The notes: generated from the letters alone by a model not told the origin. Shown: positions 15,591 to 34,442, counted from the first letter of the stretch. The stretch is DNA of 64,000 nt from Eledone cirrhosa (GCA_964016885.1 OZ024757.1:4340001-4404000), one strand, 5' to 3'. A program made the numbers and translations.

Positions 15591-16503
15591 AATTGCAAGT
15601 CTGAAGAACTATTAGATAAAATATATAGTATTTCCTCTCCTAGTCCATATAAATCAACCACATACAAAATCATTTAAACGAGGCTATAAGTTTAAAATCT
15701 AATTATGAAGAAATAATAGACAAATGATACAGTCTATCGTCCGCGATGTAGAGCCATATGACATTTATCTAATTATTTCTTTTAGCCTGTAGAAATTGAT
15801 TACACAAATAATTAACTACACGGAGTTCGGTACAAAATAGAAGTTTGAAGAAAAAATGCACATAAATTTTATCAAAATTCCTCTAGTCCTGACCACCGGC
15901 GGTTTCGTTCCACTTTTTGGATATACCCGATCTAGGATCTATCCACGAGGCTTAGAACTCATCAGGAGATACCTCAAACTGGACTAAGGTTTTTCTATCA
16001 TGTTCCCCGCCAGAAATGAATTCAAAATGGCTAAGAACTATTACGTGGTTAGTGGTCAAGGCAGAAAATGTGTGATTGGTGCCTGTCGGCGAGTAGGCTC
16101 GTTGCTAGAAAGCACAGCCGAATACTGCCTAAATTTTACTCAACCTTACGGGAGTATATATTAAATTCAAAGGGGTATATATATATAATTAGACATAGTC
16201 ACAGATACATATATGAGTTTGGAAACCTTTCACGGTGTGGCTGAATGAAGAATTAATTAAGCAAATAATCATTAATCAGAGCTATGAATAAAATTGCAAG
16301 TCTGAAGAAGTATTAGATAAAATATAAACAGTATTTCCTCTCCTAGTCCGTATAAATCAACCACATAAAAAATCATTTAAACGAGGCTATAAATTTAAAA
16401 TGTACTTATGAAGAAATAATAGACAAATGATACAGACTATCTTCCACGATGTACAGCCATATGACATTTATCTAATTATTTCTTTTAGCCTGTAGAAATT
16501 GAC
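15591..16503 (-). mobile_element. Non-coding element with about 700-bp unit and about 210-bp terminal direct repeats; hammerhead at 15887-15969
   Basis: 15591-15800 is repeated at 16292-16503. Minus strand reads CTGATGA-gttc..tggata..tatcca..ggaac-GAAA-ccgccggtgg-TC-agga. The repeat is homologous to the 41539 family. Confidence 0.8.
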
Positions 16504-16527
16504 TAGATAGATACACATATATGTGTG

Positions 16528-16699
<172 letters not shown>

Positions 16700-16709
16700 C
16701 TATAATGAA

Positions 16710-16884
16710 GAAATGGCTTCTACGGGACTAGAACTGTTTTATTCAAAAGAAATCACTAGGAAAGCTTTCCTGATGATTTCTTTTGAATGAAACACTTCTA
16801 GTCCTGTAGAAGCCATTTCAATATCAAACTTGATGTTTACACTTTACTAATGTATTGAGGACCTTACTGACTGTAGTTACCTCC

Positions 16885-16887
<3 letters not shown>
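16710..16887 (+). mobile_element. Solo Hydra-type pLTR with 5' fold-back; hammerhead at 16764-16813
   Basis: gctttc-CTGATGA-tttcttttgaat-GAAA-cac ttctagtc ctg-TA-gaagc, with an inverted copy at 16710-16765. Related to 32333 and 40320. Confidence 0.8.
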
Positions 16888-16956
<69 letters not shown>

Positions 16957-16957
<1 letters not shown>

Positions 16958-17661
16958 TAGCCGAATTACCCGTGCCTTGCTGCGTTTCACACATTTTATT
17001 GTAAGAAAAGGATGATTGATTTTAAACCAGTGATATAATTTATGGAGAAAAACACTGCATTTCAATATTACTCAATGTAAAATGTAATGCATGAAAAATT
17101 GGAAAACATTATTTTTTGTAATATAGGGCGGTGGATTGGCAGTATCGGTAGAGGGTCGGACGCCATGCTTTGACGCATAGAGTTACGGCCCTTGCCATAC
17201 TGAGTTCAAATCCCGCCGAGGTTAACTTTGCCTTTCATCCTTAAGGGGTCGATAAAATAAAGTACCAGTAATGTACTGAGTAATTGCTGGCCTTGTGCCA
17301 AAAGTAGAAACAATTATTTTTTGTAATATATCAAATCAAAATTACATTATTAAATCTTATTCTAATTTTGTTTCTTGTAAATCATTTTTTTTCAAAATAT
17401 CAATTGAAAACTTTTGTGAATAGGCATCATACCTTATCATTTACCTACGGTTTAAATTTCATATAAATCGAAGGGAAAAAATTTTCAGCGGGAAGTTGTG
17501 CTTCCGGGGAACCCTAATAGAGGGTTTAACCCCAATTAGGGTGTCTTAATATTATTGAAATTTGCTGATATTTTGTGAATATTGTAATTTACCTATGGAG
17601 GAGTTCGTGAACAAACAAACAAACAAACAAACATACAGGAACTACAACTTTATATATATAT
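16957..17661 (-). mobile_element. Non-autonomous Helitron-like element H1 (contains a SINE)
   Basis: The minus-strand 3' end has a GC hairpin followed by CTAA. The 5' end is TATATAAAG followed by (TTTG)n, as in Lep1-type elements. Confidence 0.65.
17126..17312 (+). mobile_element. tRNA-derived SINE, full length, with 18-bp TSD
   Basis: A-box-like tggcagtatcgg and B-box gagttcaaatcc. The TSD attattttttgtaatata occurs at 17108-17125 and 17313-17330. Confidence 0.9.
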
Positions 17662-17662
17662 A

Positions 17663-18437
17663 CTAGCAGAATGGCTCGGGATTTGCTCTAGGGTTCTTAT
17701 ATATTTTATATATATTTATCCTTATTGAGCCTCGTGAAATAAATACGTTTGTTTATATTTTGTTATTGTGTATGCAAAAATATCTGTACACGAATATATA
17801 ATTATATATATATATATTAAAATAACAGATTAAAGTTTAAGCAAAGAATCGCTGCTTTCACCCTTAACGGGATCTTCTGAAACTAAAAAATCAATCTGTG
17901 AACGCAGAAGTAAATATTTCGAAAAACATTACACACTATATATATATACACACACTATATATATACATATATACACACATACACTGATCGCGTCATAATG
18001 ACGTATGCAGACAGTCAGGCATATTGACAGATATTATAAGGGCGCGCAACGAGTTACGCCCCTTTATGGTTTGAGTTCAAATCCCCCGAGGTTAACTTTG
18101 CCTTTCATCCTTACGGGGTCGATAAAATAAAGCACCAGTAATGTATTGGGTAATTGCTGGCCTTGTGCCAAAAGTAGAAACAATTATAAGGGCGCGCGTC
18201 ATATCTATGTATCTATCTAAAAAGAGAAAGACTAAGAGAGAGAGAAAGATATCGCTAAATCGCCTAATGCGGTCCCTAGGGCATTGAAAATTTGAAATTC
18301 TTTTGCTCAGAATACTCAATAGGACCATAAGTATTACATGTGTAAAGTTTGAAAAAACTCGGTTGGGTGGTTCTCGAGTTTTAGTGATTGGTGTAGACAG
18401 ACAGACAAACAGACATTCTCTGTTTTAGTAATATAGA
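17663..18437 (-). mobile_element. Non-autonomous Helitron-like element H2 (contains a truncated SINE)
   Basis: 5' TC at 18437 followed by (TGTC)n. 3' hairpin plus CTAG at 17663-17666. Confidence 0.75.
18048..18182 (+). mobile_element. 5'-truncated SINE with TSD attataagggcgcg
   Basis: Matches the 3' two-thirds of the 17126 SINE and has a duplicated flank. Confidence 0.85.
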
Positions 18438-19455
18438 CTAGCAGAAAACCACCCGGTGGGCGGTTTTCTGCTAGCAAATCTAGTGTATATACTGATATTG
18501 TTGATATTTGGATAAGAAATGTTTTCGGCACCACATGTTCACCGTCTCTGGTGTGTCTTTTATGCATGTATAAATATATATGTTATCTATACGGTGAAAT
18601 CTTTGAAATAAATATATGTTAAAACGAAAAAGGAGAAAATAAATAACTGGCGGTTAGAAAAAAATATTCCTATGAAATTTTAATCATACCATTAGGTGTG
18701 AATAAGGAAATATTTTTTTATTGTCAAAACAAATGTTCAAAAGTTAAACTTCAATTTTTTTAATTATTTCCAATTTTTTCATGAAATTGAACACTGGACA
18801 TTGGCTGCTGGAAATGGAAATTAAATCGTATTTAATTGTATTTAAATTTCTAACCTTATTTAATTATTTATATTTTTTCAATAAGAAATTTAAAAAAAAC
18901 AACAAAAATTGAAGAAAAAAAATTGAACAAATCAAACGTAGGTTATGGAACTGCGCAATCTGATTAATAAATTATCTCATCAGCAGCAACCTTCTTCAAA
19001 TGGTCCTTATTATCAGCAGCAACAACTTCAAATTCAATGGCAACCTTCTTCAAACCACAAATTCAATGGCAACCTTCTTCAAATGGTCCTTATTATCAGC
19101 AGCAACAACCACAAATTCAATGGCAACCTTCTTCAAACAACAAATTGAATGGCAACCTTATTCGCATGGTGTCAAGTCAGAACCGCCTCGAACTGGTTAC
19201 TTCTGGCTTGTGCAAGGTGTCTCTATAGCAACCAGCGATTCCCTCGGCCTCTGTGACCAAAGTCAGTGGAGAGGGGAAGGTAATATTTCTGTAGCACGTG
19301 TTTTAGCGTCTATTCACTCTCTCTCGCCATCTCTCCCTCCCGCTATCCCCCTCTCGTAGTCTGTCTCTTTCTTTCACTCTCACCCTCTCTCTACGCACGT
19401 GTTTCCACTGTCGGACAGACAGACAGAGAAATTGCTGGTTATATATATAAGTAGA
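18438..19455 (-). mobile_element. Non-autonomous Helitron-like element H3 with an internal tandem repeat (18970-19160)
   Basis: 5' A|TC at 19455 followed by (TGTC)n. 3' CTAG at 18438-18441. Confidence 0.7.
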
Positions 19456-19499
19456 TATATATATAAATATATACATATACATATATATATATGTGTGTG

Positions 19500-23910
<4,411 letters not shown>

Positions 23911-23914
23911 TATG

Positions 23915-25090
23915 GAAAAGAATCCCCAGTCACTGAAGAGGTGTGACGAAAGAACTTTGTGACGAAAGAACTTTGACAATATATGAACAACCGTCCGGTT
24001 ATTGATCCAACCAACCAACTGGAAATTTATAAATTCTTAAATTTATAAATTTAATTTATAATAAACTAGCAGTAAAGCCCGGCGTTGCTCGGGGTCGCTC
24101 AGTAGCTGTGTTAAAGTTACAATGTTAAGTTTCTTTCTTGGCTTAAAAACTGTAGTGTCTACTGTGCAGACTTGCATGTGGTGTTTTTGATTAATATTCC
24201 CTCAACCAACAATATGCCTTATGAAGTTAAGAAAACATAACGATAACCCGAATGAGGATGCTGGGGATAGAAACTGCACTGGTTATTTATTAACAAAGAT
24301 CGAAAATGTAAACACTGCAACGCAGAGAAAAACATTAGCGTAACCAAATTATCAGTTATGTCTGTCTGCACGCCTATATCACCTCTCTGCACGACTGTCT
24401 GTCTGCACGCCTATATCACCTCTCTGCACGACTGTCTGTCTGCACGCCTATATCACCTCTCTGCACGACTGTCTGTCTGCACGCGTATATCACCTCTCTG
24501 CACGACTGTCTGTCTGCACGACTGTCTGTCTGCACGCCTAACGACGAAATATTTGCTTGTTTTACGTAGTCTTTAAATAGACTTGTTTTCAAGTAAAAAT
24601 ATTGTTTTAAAATGCTTTTAAATGGAAATGAAGCAAAACGGAAGCTTAGTGTTCGAACTGATGAATTTTGCAGGTCAATATTTTGCTGGCTCGACAACTG
24701 TTCGTGTATTGTATTGTGTTAATGTCATTTTAAACGCTGAGAAAGCCAGCGTAATTTTTTACGTAAGACGCTCAATGTAAACAGAACAAAGGGAAATAAC
24801 TGATAACTTACGCTAAAAAATCGATACATTATATTCGATTTCGTCACATAGGGTGGGTCAATTTGAAATATTTTTTTTCCGATGTCTTCGCTAGGGCTCA
24901 ATGTACAAGTATAGCAATTTCGGTGCAATTCCGTGAGAGATTCTAAGAGGAGATGTGTGCCAAAAATCGATAGACAGACAGACAACCACAGTTTTATATA
25001 TATAGATTGTAGTGAATGCAACTGATGCGTGTGTTTCTTATTGTCAACATGACCCTCCCAAAGTATAACAATATCGGTTTCAACACACGT
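23915..25090 (+). mobile_element. pLTR of the 7010/14515 family, interrupted by Helitron H4
   Basis: 23915-24065 joined to 25007-25075 reconstitutes the reverse complement of 14515-14720. Confidence 0.85.
24066..25006 (-). mobile_element. Non-autonomous Helitron H4 with a 37-bp tandem repeat (24361-24540)
   Basis: 5' TC at 25006; 3' ccgagcaacgccggg hairpin plus CTAG. Inserted between A and T with no TSD, and the empty site is visible at about 14575-14590. Confidence 0.9.
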
Positions 25091-25210
25091 TTTCAGATAA
25101 AGAATCTTGCTAAACAAATTCAGAAACGAAATATATATATATATGTATATATATATAAACATATATATATATATACATATATTTATACATATATATATAT
25201 ATACATACAT

Positions 25211-25244
<34 letters not shown>

Positions 25245-27905
25245 GCTCGACTCCTTTCTCTCCTTCTTCTGCTCCTTCCACCCCTCCCTCCACTTCACCA
25301 CCTCTATCTCCACCACCCACGTCCACTTCTTAGACATCTCCGTCGCCTTCGACCCCTCCCACCACTCCCTCGTCACCTCCGCCTTCTTCAAACCCAGCGA
25401 CTCCCACTCTTACCTCGACTTCACCTCTTCCCACCCCCCACACTAAACACTTCATTCCCTACTCCCAACTTCTCAGGATCCGCCGCCTCTGTAGCCGTGA
25501 TGCTGACTTCGAGTCCCAGGCCCTTTCCCTAGTCAGCCATTTCATCCGCAGAGGTTACCCCCCTCTCTCGTCTACACCGCTCTCACCCGCGCCCGTGCTG
25601 TCCCCCGCTCCACCACCCTCACCCCACGCCACCGCACACCCACCCACCGTCTCCCCTTCCCCATCACCTACCACCCCTCCACCTTACCCCTCCACCGCAC
25701 CATCCGCCGCCTCTTCCGACGCCTCCAGTCCGACCCCTCCACCTCCCACATCTTCCGAACCCCACCACTCCCCTCCTTCAAACGCGCACGCAATCTCCGC
25801 ACCCTCCTCGTCCTCAGCTCCCTACCCCCCAACCCACGCTCTGTTTCCCCCCTCCCGGTTCCTTTCCCTGTTCTAGGCCCCGCTGCAACACCTGTCCCCA
25901 CATCACCAACACCACCACCTTCCAGGGTCCCAACGGCCACTCTCTCTCTGTCCGGCATGCCTTCCGCTGCACCTCCTCCAACCTAGTCTACGGACTTCGC
26001 TGCACGGAGTGCAGCGCGACTTATGTCGGACAGACGGGACGCGCCTGGCGGACCGAGTCACGGAGTACCTCCGGGATATTCGTCTCGGGGGCAGTTCCCC
26101 CATCGCCCGCCACTTTGGTGGCCCTGGACACTCCGCACGCCATCTCACAGTCTGTGGCCTACTCCAGTGCCACGGAACACCCGCCCATCGCCTTACGGTC
26201 GAACAACGAACTATCTTCATCTTACAGACCCACACTCGCCCCGGCCTAAACTCCCCACCCTTATTCCTTTAGCGCTCGACCGCCCCCCTCCCCCCACACT
26301 TATCCCCCACTAACACCACTAACACACCCTCCTTTTCACCGCCCACCCCACACTAACAACACTAACACCTCCACTCCACGCCTCATCTGACCACCCTTCC
26401 CCAACTAACATACTGACATCCCTTCCCTCCCCTCTTCTCCTCCTCCCCCTCCTTATCACACGCACACACCCACCGGTTCATATATACACGCGCTCACACT
26501 AAACACACACCCTACTACCACCACTAACCCTCACCCCCACACCTCTCATCCCCACACCTCCATCCCACCACCCCGCAACTAACATCACTAATACCCCCTA
26601 ACCTAAGCACACGAACACACGCACCCACTTACACCACCCACCCCACACGCAACTAACATCACTAACACCCCCCAACCCCACGCACACGTACCCACACACC
26701 CTCGTACACCACCAACTCTACACACCCTACCACCACTAACCCCCACTCACACCTGCATTCAACCCCTCCCCACCTCCCGTATACTAACACCCACTAACAC
26801 CTCTTCATCAAGCTACACACACACACCAGTACACCACACTCCCTCCATAGAACCACACACACCCTTCTCTCCCCGCTCCACCCACACCCTCGCTCCACAC
26901 TCACTCATCCCACTAACACCTCTACTAATACACACACACACACCCTCCTCACTCCAACTTTCACACCTACCCATCCTCGCCCCTTTACCATTCCACCGAC
27001 TGCTGCTATGCCCTCTGACCACCTCCCAGCACAAAGAGACACACAGCACACCCACTTCTTGAGCACTTCCTGTTGCGCGCGCACCTCACATCTCTCCTCT
27101 TCCGACCATCGCTTCATGGAATACCCACACGCAGAAATTGACCAACTCAGAATCCAGTAAACATCTTTGGAATTTACCTACTTTTCAACCATCCTCTTAC
27201 GTAATCACCTATATAACTCACCCACACACACACCCCAAAAAAAATTTTTTCTCCACACGCCACCCACACCCACAACACGCTTAAACCCCACACACACGTG
27301 CTTCCCACCACATATTTACACCCTCAGCCTCCTGATTCCTCTCCCCCTACCCCCCTATCCACACACGCACAGACACTCCGACCCACAAAAACACCCCCCA
27401 CACACACCTCTTCCTGAACATGCAACCCCGTTCTTCCCCCAACCCTTACTTTCACATACACACACCCACACACACACGCACACCTACACACACACACCAC
27501 CTTCAGCCCTCCCCGCTCGGACATCCCGTCTCCCTCTCCCCACTCCACCCGCCACCACCCCTACTCACCCCACACCCTTCCAACACCTGTTTACCCCCCT
27601 TTTAATTTCAGTTTATTTTGATCATGCCTTTATTTTTAAATTTTCTCATTCCTTGTATTTTGATCATGCTTTATTTTTATTTTTTATCTTTATTTGTTAT
27701 TTTTTCATTCGCACCGTTTCCTTTCGCTATATGTCTCTCCACCACTCCCCTACACACCTTTTGAACTCTGTTCCCACACACTTCTCACCTGAGGAAGGGC
27801 TTATGCCCGAAACGTCGTCCCCCACCTACCCCCACTCTCCTGAGCGTGAAATTAATAAACATTTATTGTACTGCCTCTCTGTTTTGTCCCTGTTCAAATG
27901 TTTCC

Positions 27906-27908
<3 letters not shown>
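25245..27908 (+). mobile_element. 5'-truncated, frameshifted Neptune-type PLE with about 1.6 kb C/A-rich 3' UTR
   Basis: Motifs: HFLDISV..FFKPSDSHSYLDFTSSHP, IPYSQLLRIRRLCS, PCSRPRCNTCPHI linker, CTSSNLVYGLRCTEC..YVGQTG, PIARHF..H, PGLN. Coding ends at 26272. Confidence 0.92.
27786..27819 (+). ncRNA. Minimal PLE hammerhead ribozyme
   Basis: ac-CTGAGGA-a-gggc ttat gccc-GAAA-cg-TC-gt, with a palindromic ACGT stem III. Confidence 0.8.
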
Positions 27909-27967
<59 letters not shown>

Positions 27968-28418
27968 CTCCGTAGCAAAATAACAGAGTATGAAAACACC
28001 AACGACATCATGGTGCAGGGGTCATACATTTTCCTATATATACATATATATATATTTATATATATTTATATATATTCATATATATTTATATATTTTTTCT
28101 ACCCTTCTTTTTCGTTTGTTTCAGCCTCACTTTCATATTTCTTAAATATTTTTGTTTTCAAATCCATATCTAATAAATACACCAGATTTTTATTCATTCT
28201 GACGACTGAAAACAGATATAAATATCTCCTTTCAAGAAACCACTGGTAAATGAAATAATTATCTTATGTTGTTTATTACATAACTAATAAGCTCTGTAAC
28301 CTACATAGAACACTCTTTTCTCCTGTACCTTTCCGGCGGAATTACTTCATTTACACACACACACACATATTAGTCTTCAAATTTATTATTATTACTATAT
28401 ATATATATATTTATTACA

Positions 28419-28605
28419 GGGCGGTGGATTAGTAGTATCGGTAGAGGGTCGGACGTCATGCTTTCCACCATAGTTACGTCCCTTTACGATCCGAGTTCAA
28501 ATCCCGCCGAGGTTGACTTTGCCTTTCATCCTTACGGGGTCGATAAAATAATGTACCAGTAATGCACTGGGTAATTGCTGGCCTTGTGTCTAAAGTAGAA
28601 ACAAT
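28419..28605 (+). mobile_element. tRNA-derived SINE, full length
   Basis: High similarity to 17126-17312. Confidence 0.9.
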
Positions 28606-28629
28606 TACTATATATATATATATATATAT

Positions 28630-29041
28630 AATGTAGGAGGTGAGTTTTATTGTAGCACAATAAAGCAATGCAAATATCGGATAAGTAGCACTCAACAGTT
28701 TATTGGACTGGAGTATATATAAGAAGAAATTAAAAGATGGTTAGAAAAGTTCCACGTATTTTATTATGCGCATTTCAAAAACAAATATCATCCAGGGACG
28801 ATATTTGCGTCCTCATCAGATAAAATAGGGAGACATGATATGAAGTTTAAAAAAGAGACTTGTGAACAAAGTAGTGTCTAAACAACATATGTTGTTTACA
28901 CACTACCTTTCTCACAAGTGTCTTTTTTTAAGCTTCATATTTTATCTGATGAGAACGCAAATATCGTCGCTGGATGATATTTGTTTTTGAAATGTGCATA
29001 ATAAAATACGTGGAACTTTTCTAACCACCTTTTAATTTCTT

Positions 29042-29045
<4 letters not shown>
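28630..29045. mobile_element. Fold-back pLTR pair with hammerheads at 28759-28825 (-) and 28940-29006 (+)
   Basis: ttttat-CTGATGA-16-bp G.U-rich stem II-GAAA-tgcgca-TA-ataaaa. Flanked by (TA)n. Confidence 0.85.
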
Positions 29046-29076
<31 letters not shown>

Positions 29077-29541
29077 GTTTAGTCCCATAAAACCGGCTGC
29101 TATTTCTAGCGGCACGGGTATAGGACGGGCTAGACGCTGGGTCACATGTGCGTTCAACAACATATTTCTATCAGTCTTCCTAAGTATTTTGAAGTGAAAC
29201 ATACCAATTTCTGGATACCTGCAGAAGAGCACAGAAATGGGAATTTTCACTTAATTGTTGCGAAACAAATTTAAGATTTGAAATTTAAATTTGTCCTGGT
29301 ATCACGGCTGTTGCCAATATAGGTTTGTTTTTATTGATTTATTATTTTAAATCGAGACAGGCAAACTGTATTAATTTAATTAGTATTTTTCAATCTAGCT
29401 AACTTGTTCATTTGCAATACAAACACTTATATACTTGTGTTAGTGTTTATCCCTATCATATATTCACTTGTATTACATGGCTGAGAAATATCCCTTTCTT
29501 TGAGCTATTTAATTGTAAAAGACTGTTTGAGTTTATAACTC

Positions 29542-29753
<212 letters not shown>

Positions 29754-29984
29754 TTTATACTTATATATACACTATATACAACTATAAAAAACAGGAAAGG
29801 TCAGTAATTCAATACTACATTATTACCAGTAAGAAAAATAGCTCAATGTAAATACATCAGATGTTTTACAGAGCCGGAATATAAATTACAGAATAATCAA
29901 AACTATGTTCAAAACATTTTATTGCTGACAATTGTTTCTTCCAATTTTTCGTTTGGAATCATATACATATACATATATATATAC

Positions 29985-30265
29985 CAGTGGGGAAGGGTAA
30001 CCTGGAATGCAGGGCATGCAGTCCAATCGCCATGGCGGAAAGTAGGGCTGTGCAATTCCCTCTAAATGACCCCCCGGTCAAAGAAGCATATAGTGTTATC
30101 TAGTGTGTGTGTGTGTTATCTAGTGTGTGGGTGTGTTATCTTTTTATGTGTCTACGATTTAGTAACCAGCCAAAATTCTGCTTGCTTCAACCGACGCAAT
30201 TGATCAACTCAAGATACTATAACGCATGCACTACATACGTTGCATGCGCGGACCCTTCGCCTCTG
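29985..30265. mobile_element. MITE-like element with imperfect terminal inverted repeats
   Basis: cagtggggaagggt at the left end versus acccttcgcctctg at the right end, with weaker similarity over about 50 bp. Confidence 0.55.
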
Positions 30266-30275
30266 ATATATACAT

Positions 30276-30642
<367 letters not shown>

Positions 30643-30652
30643 TATATATATT

Positions 30653-30751
<99 letters not shown>

Positions 30752-30850
30752 GTGTCTATGTATATGTATGTTTGTGTGTATGTGTATATATGTATATATA
30801 TGTTTGTGTGTATATGTATATATATATGTGTGTATATATATGTATATATA

Positions 30851-31181
30851 TATTGAAAGGATAACAAGGACGATTGGTTACTCCTTCATTACATTTATAA
30901 ATAAATGTAATGAAGGAGTAACCAATCGTCCTTGTTATCCTTTCAATATATTACACTCTGTATAGCTCTACACCTCAACACAGAAGTGAACCTAAATATC
31001 GAGTGCTCTCCCGGGTGAACCTGCAGTAACTCCAAGTTACACTCCCTAGATATGGTGAACTAACTGTTACAAGTTACACTCCTTCGGTATGGTGAACTAA
31101 CTGTTGTGTAACCACTTCTACCTAACTCGTCCCATGGACTGAGTGCTCTACCACTACGGATATTACCTTTCAGTGTTCCAC

Positions 31182-31186
<5 letters not shown>
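30851..31186 (+). mobile_element. pLTR tail with about 48-bp perfect 5' fold-back
   Basis: Hairpin at 30851-30950. GAGTGCT at 31001 and 31141. Flanked by (TA)n. Confidence 0.6.
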
Positions 31187-31227
<41 letters not shown>

Positions 31228-31317
31228 GTATATGTATATATATGTATATGTATATGTATATGTGTGTGTATATATATATATAGGTGTATTTATGTATACG
31301 TATGTATGTACATATAC

Positions 31318-31367
<50 letters not shown>

Positions 31368-32127
31368 TTATAGTTCACTTCAAGCATTGTGTAATGAAGT
31401 ATAAACGTTTGTATTTGTAAGCCAAAATAATGCAGGTGTGAACATAGAATACAAAATGCAAATGCAAAAGATATTGTTGACAATTAGTCTTTTAGATTTA
31501 TTTAAATGACCTTAATTTTCGAGATAATATCTCTTCTTCGAAGGGAAGTAAAGCGGTTAAACCAGTGTTCTAAATAGCTTGCCAAGTCATGCTGACAGGA
31601 AATGGTATAGAGTATCTGTTCCATCTCTAATGTCAAAGAGTTAAGGTTAGGTGGATAAAGTGTAGTCTCCCTTTGAAGGGGGTTTTGTACATGTCTGTTT
31701 AAGTGGGTGGGAGAATGCGTGAAAGTGTAAGTATGTGTGTGTGTGAGTGTGAGAAGATATGTCTATACGTAAATGTGGGGGATAGATGTTCTCTCGTGTT
31801 AGAACTGGTCTTTGTGTGTGTATGTGTGTGTGCGTGAGAGACTTAAAACTCAAGGCTACTTGATAATCGGGACCCCAGAGGCCAAAAATCGATATTTTCA
31901 AAAATCGATGAAACTCGACGCAAGTGTGTATTTTGATCCGGGGATAAACGTGCGCTACATTAAATTTTCGAAAAATCGATAATTGGATCACCAGAGGCAA
32001 AAATCAGGACAACTCTAACTTACACTCTTTCCCTCTCTTCCACCTCACTGGCGCAGCCACACCTCCTGCCTGCTGATAAAATACATAGATAGATAAACAC
32101 ACACATATATAGTTATGTATATAAGTA

Positions 32128-32190
<63 letters not shown>

Positions 32191-32235
32191 ATATATATAT
32201 GTGTGTGTATATATATATATATATGTGTGAGTGTG

Positions 32236-32276
<41 letters not shown>

Positions 32277-32332
32277 GTATGTGTGTATGTGTATATACAT
32301 ACATATACATATATATATATATATATATAGAT

Positions 32333-32385
32333 GAGATTCTACAGGACTAGAACTGTTTCATTCTTTATAAATCATCAGGAATCTC
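32333..32385 (-). ncRNA. Isolated 53-nt hammerhead ribozyme within (TA)n
   Basis: gagattc-CTGATGA-tttataaagaat-GAAA-cag ttctagtc ctg-TA-gaatctc. Confidence 0.75.
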
Positions 32386-32434
32386 TCTCTATATATATAT
32401 ATATGTATATGTATGTATATACACATACACACAC

Positions 32435-32557
<123 letters not shown>

Positions 32558-32628
32558 TATATACACAAATAAATATATATATATACATATATATATATAC
32601 ATATATATATACATATATATATATACAA

Positions 32629-32661
<33 letters not shown>

Positions 32662-32688
32662 AATATATATATAAATATATATATATAA

Positions 32689-33816
32689 CTTATATATAAA
32701 GTGAAGATGGGCATTGTTTGGTGTTCCCAACTTGCATGCTACACCGTTCATCCAATTTTCATGAAAACTCACACATATATAAAACTCAACGCGTAGAGTG
32801 GAATAAGCTACTTGAAAATTTCGAAAAGTCGATAATGGGGACCCCAGTAGCCAAAAATCTATATTTTCAAAAATCGATGAAACTCGACGCAAGTGTGTAT
32901 TTTGATTCGGGGATAAACGTGCGCTACATTAAATTTTCTAAAAATCGATAATTGGATCATCTCAGGATGCCGCCTCCATGCACTGTCAGCCAGCATCCCC
33001 TCCTCGGCCCTTTCTTTTGCATGACCGCCGTGCTCCTTCAAGACTCCCATGGCTATCTATGCCGCATCAATTCCTTGCCACCCGCTTAAACGTCATCAGT
33101 ATGGCTTATTGTTGCCTCATTTGATCACCGATTTTCGCAGGCTAAACACAATACAAACGTGCACGATAGTCCATGGTAAATCTTTTTAATTACATGTTCT
33201 TGAGGCTGTTGCAAAGGGCAATAACCCTAGACGCAATTTTGATCAACTTTTTTTCACATATAGCAAATTTACAGGGACAGATATTTAGCTACTCAAATCT
33301 ACTTCAGAGGTCACGCATTCATGTAAAAAATCATTAAAACTGAAGCGGGGGTTCGACTTTGCGCAAAAAACAAGGCAAAGTTGCAGATGGGATAATTTTT
33401 TACAGGAACGTCCGATTTTCGTGAAAACTGTCGCAAATGATTCGTCCATTATGCCGCGATTTAGATAAAGTCCCTTTTATTTCTTCTTCTGCGCATGTTA
33501 GCGCCAAAATTGTAAAAAAAAAAAAAATTTGAAAAAATCGACTTTTTCACCCTACTTTAAAAATCAACTGAAATTTCAATTTCAAGTTAATTTGACTTCC
33601 GTCATTCTTGCAAAGAACAATTTCAACGATACACTCTGAACCTACAATTGATCCATTATTTATGCTCAATTACACACTTGCGTATACTAACCTCTATTTT
33701 TTCCCTTGAGGTTCGAAGGTTTTTGCACCTGTGATGCGCGGGAAGTAACTTTCAAACATTTTAACAACAGACCAAAGGTCGACTTACACCCGGGCAACGC
33801 CGGGTACTTTTGCTAG
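32689..33816 (+). mobile_element. Non-autonomous Helitron H5
   Basis: 3' end cccgggcaacgccggg-tacttttg-CTAG|T, and a TATATAAAG-type 5' end. The internal segment 32840-32960 is duplicated at 31870-31990. Confidence 0.8.
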
Positions 33817-33829
33817 TATATATATATAT

Positions 33830-34297
<468 letters not shown>

Positions 34298-34442
34298 GTA
34301 GTGAGATTAAGGAACGGATTTTTCAAACTTATGGATGAGTATGTAAATAAATATGTAAATAAGGTTGAGTTATGTGATTGAAAAACCGTTATTTTAAACG
34401 CTATGGAAAGTTTAGATATATTAGTAGGAGAGAAAGAAAGAA

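Noticed and set aside
17126-17225. tRNA gene
   Set aside because: A and B boxes are present but there is no cloverleaf. It is the head of a multi-copy SINE with TSDs.
24361-24540. Regular 37-bp repeats (also 18970-19160) resembling a CRISPR array
   Set aside because: They are head-to-tail repeats without unique spacers, lie inside Helitron-like elements, have no cas genes nearby and are in a eukaryotic context.
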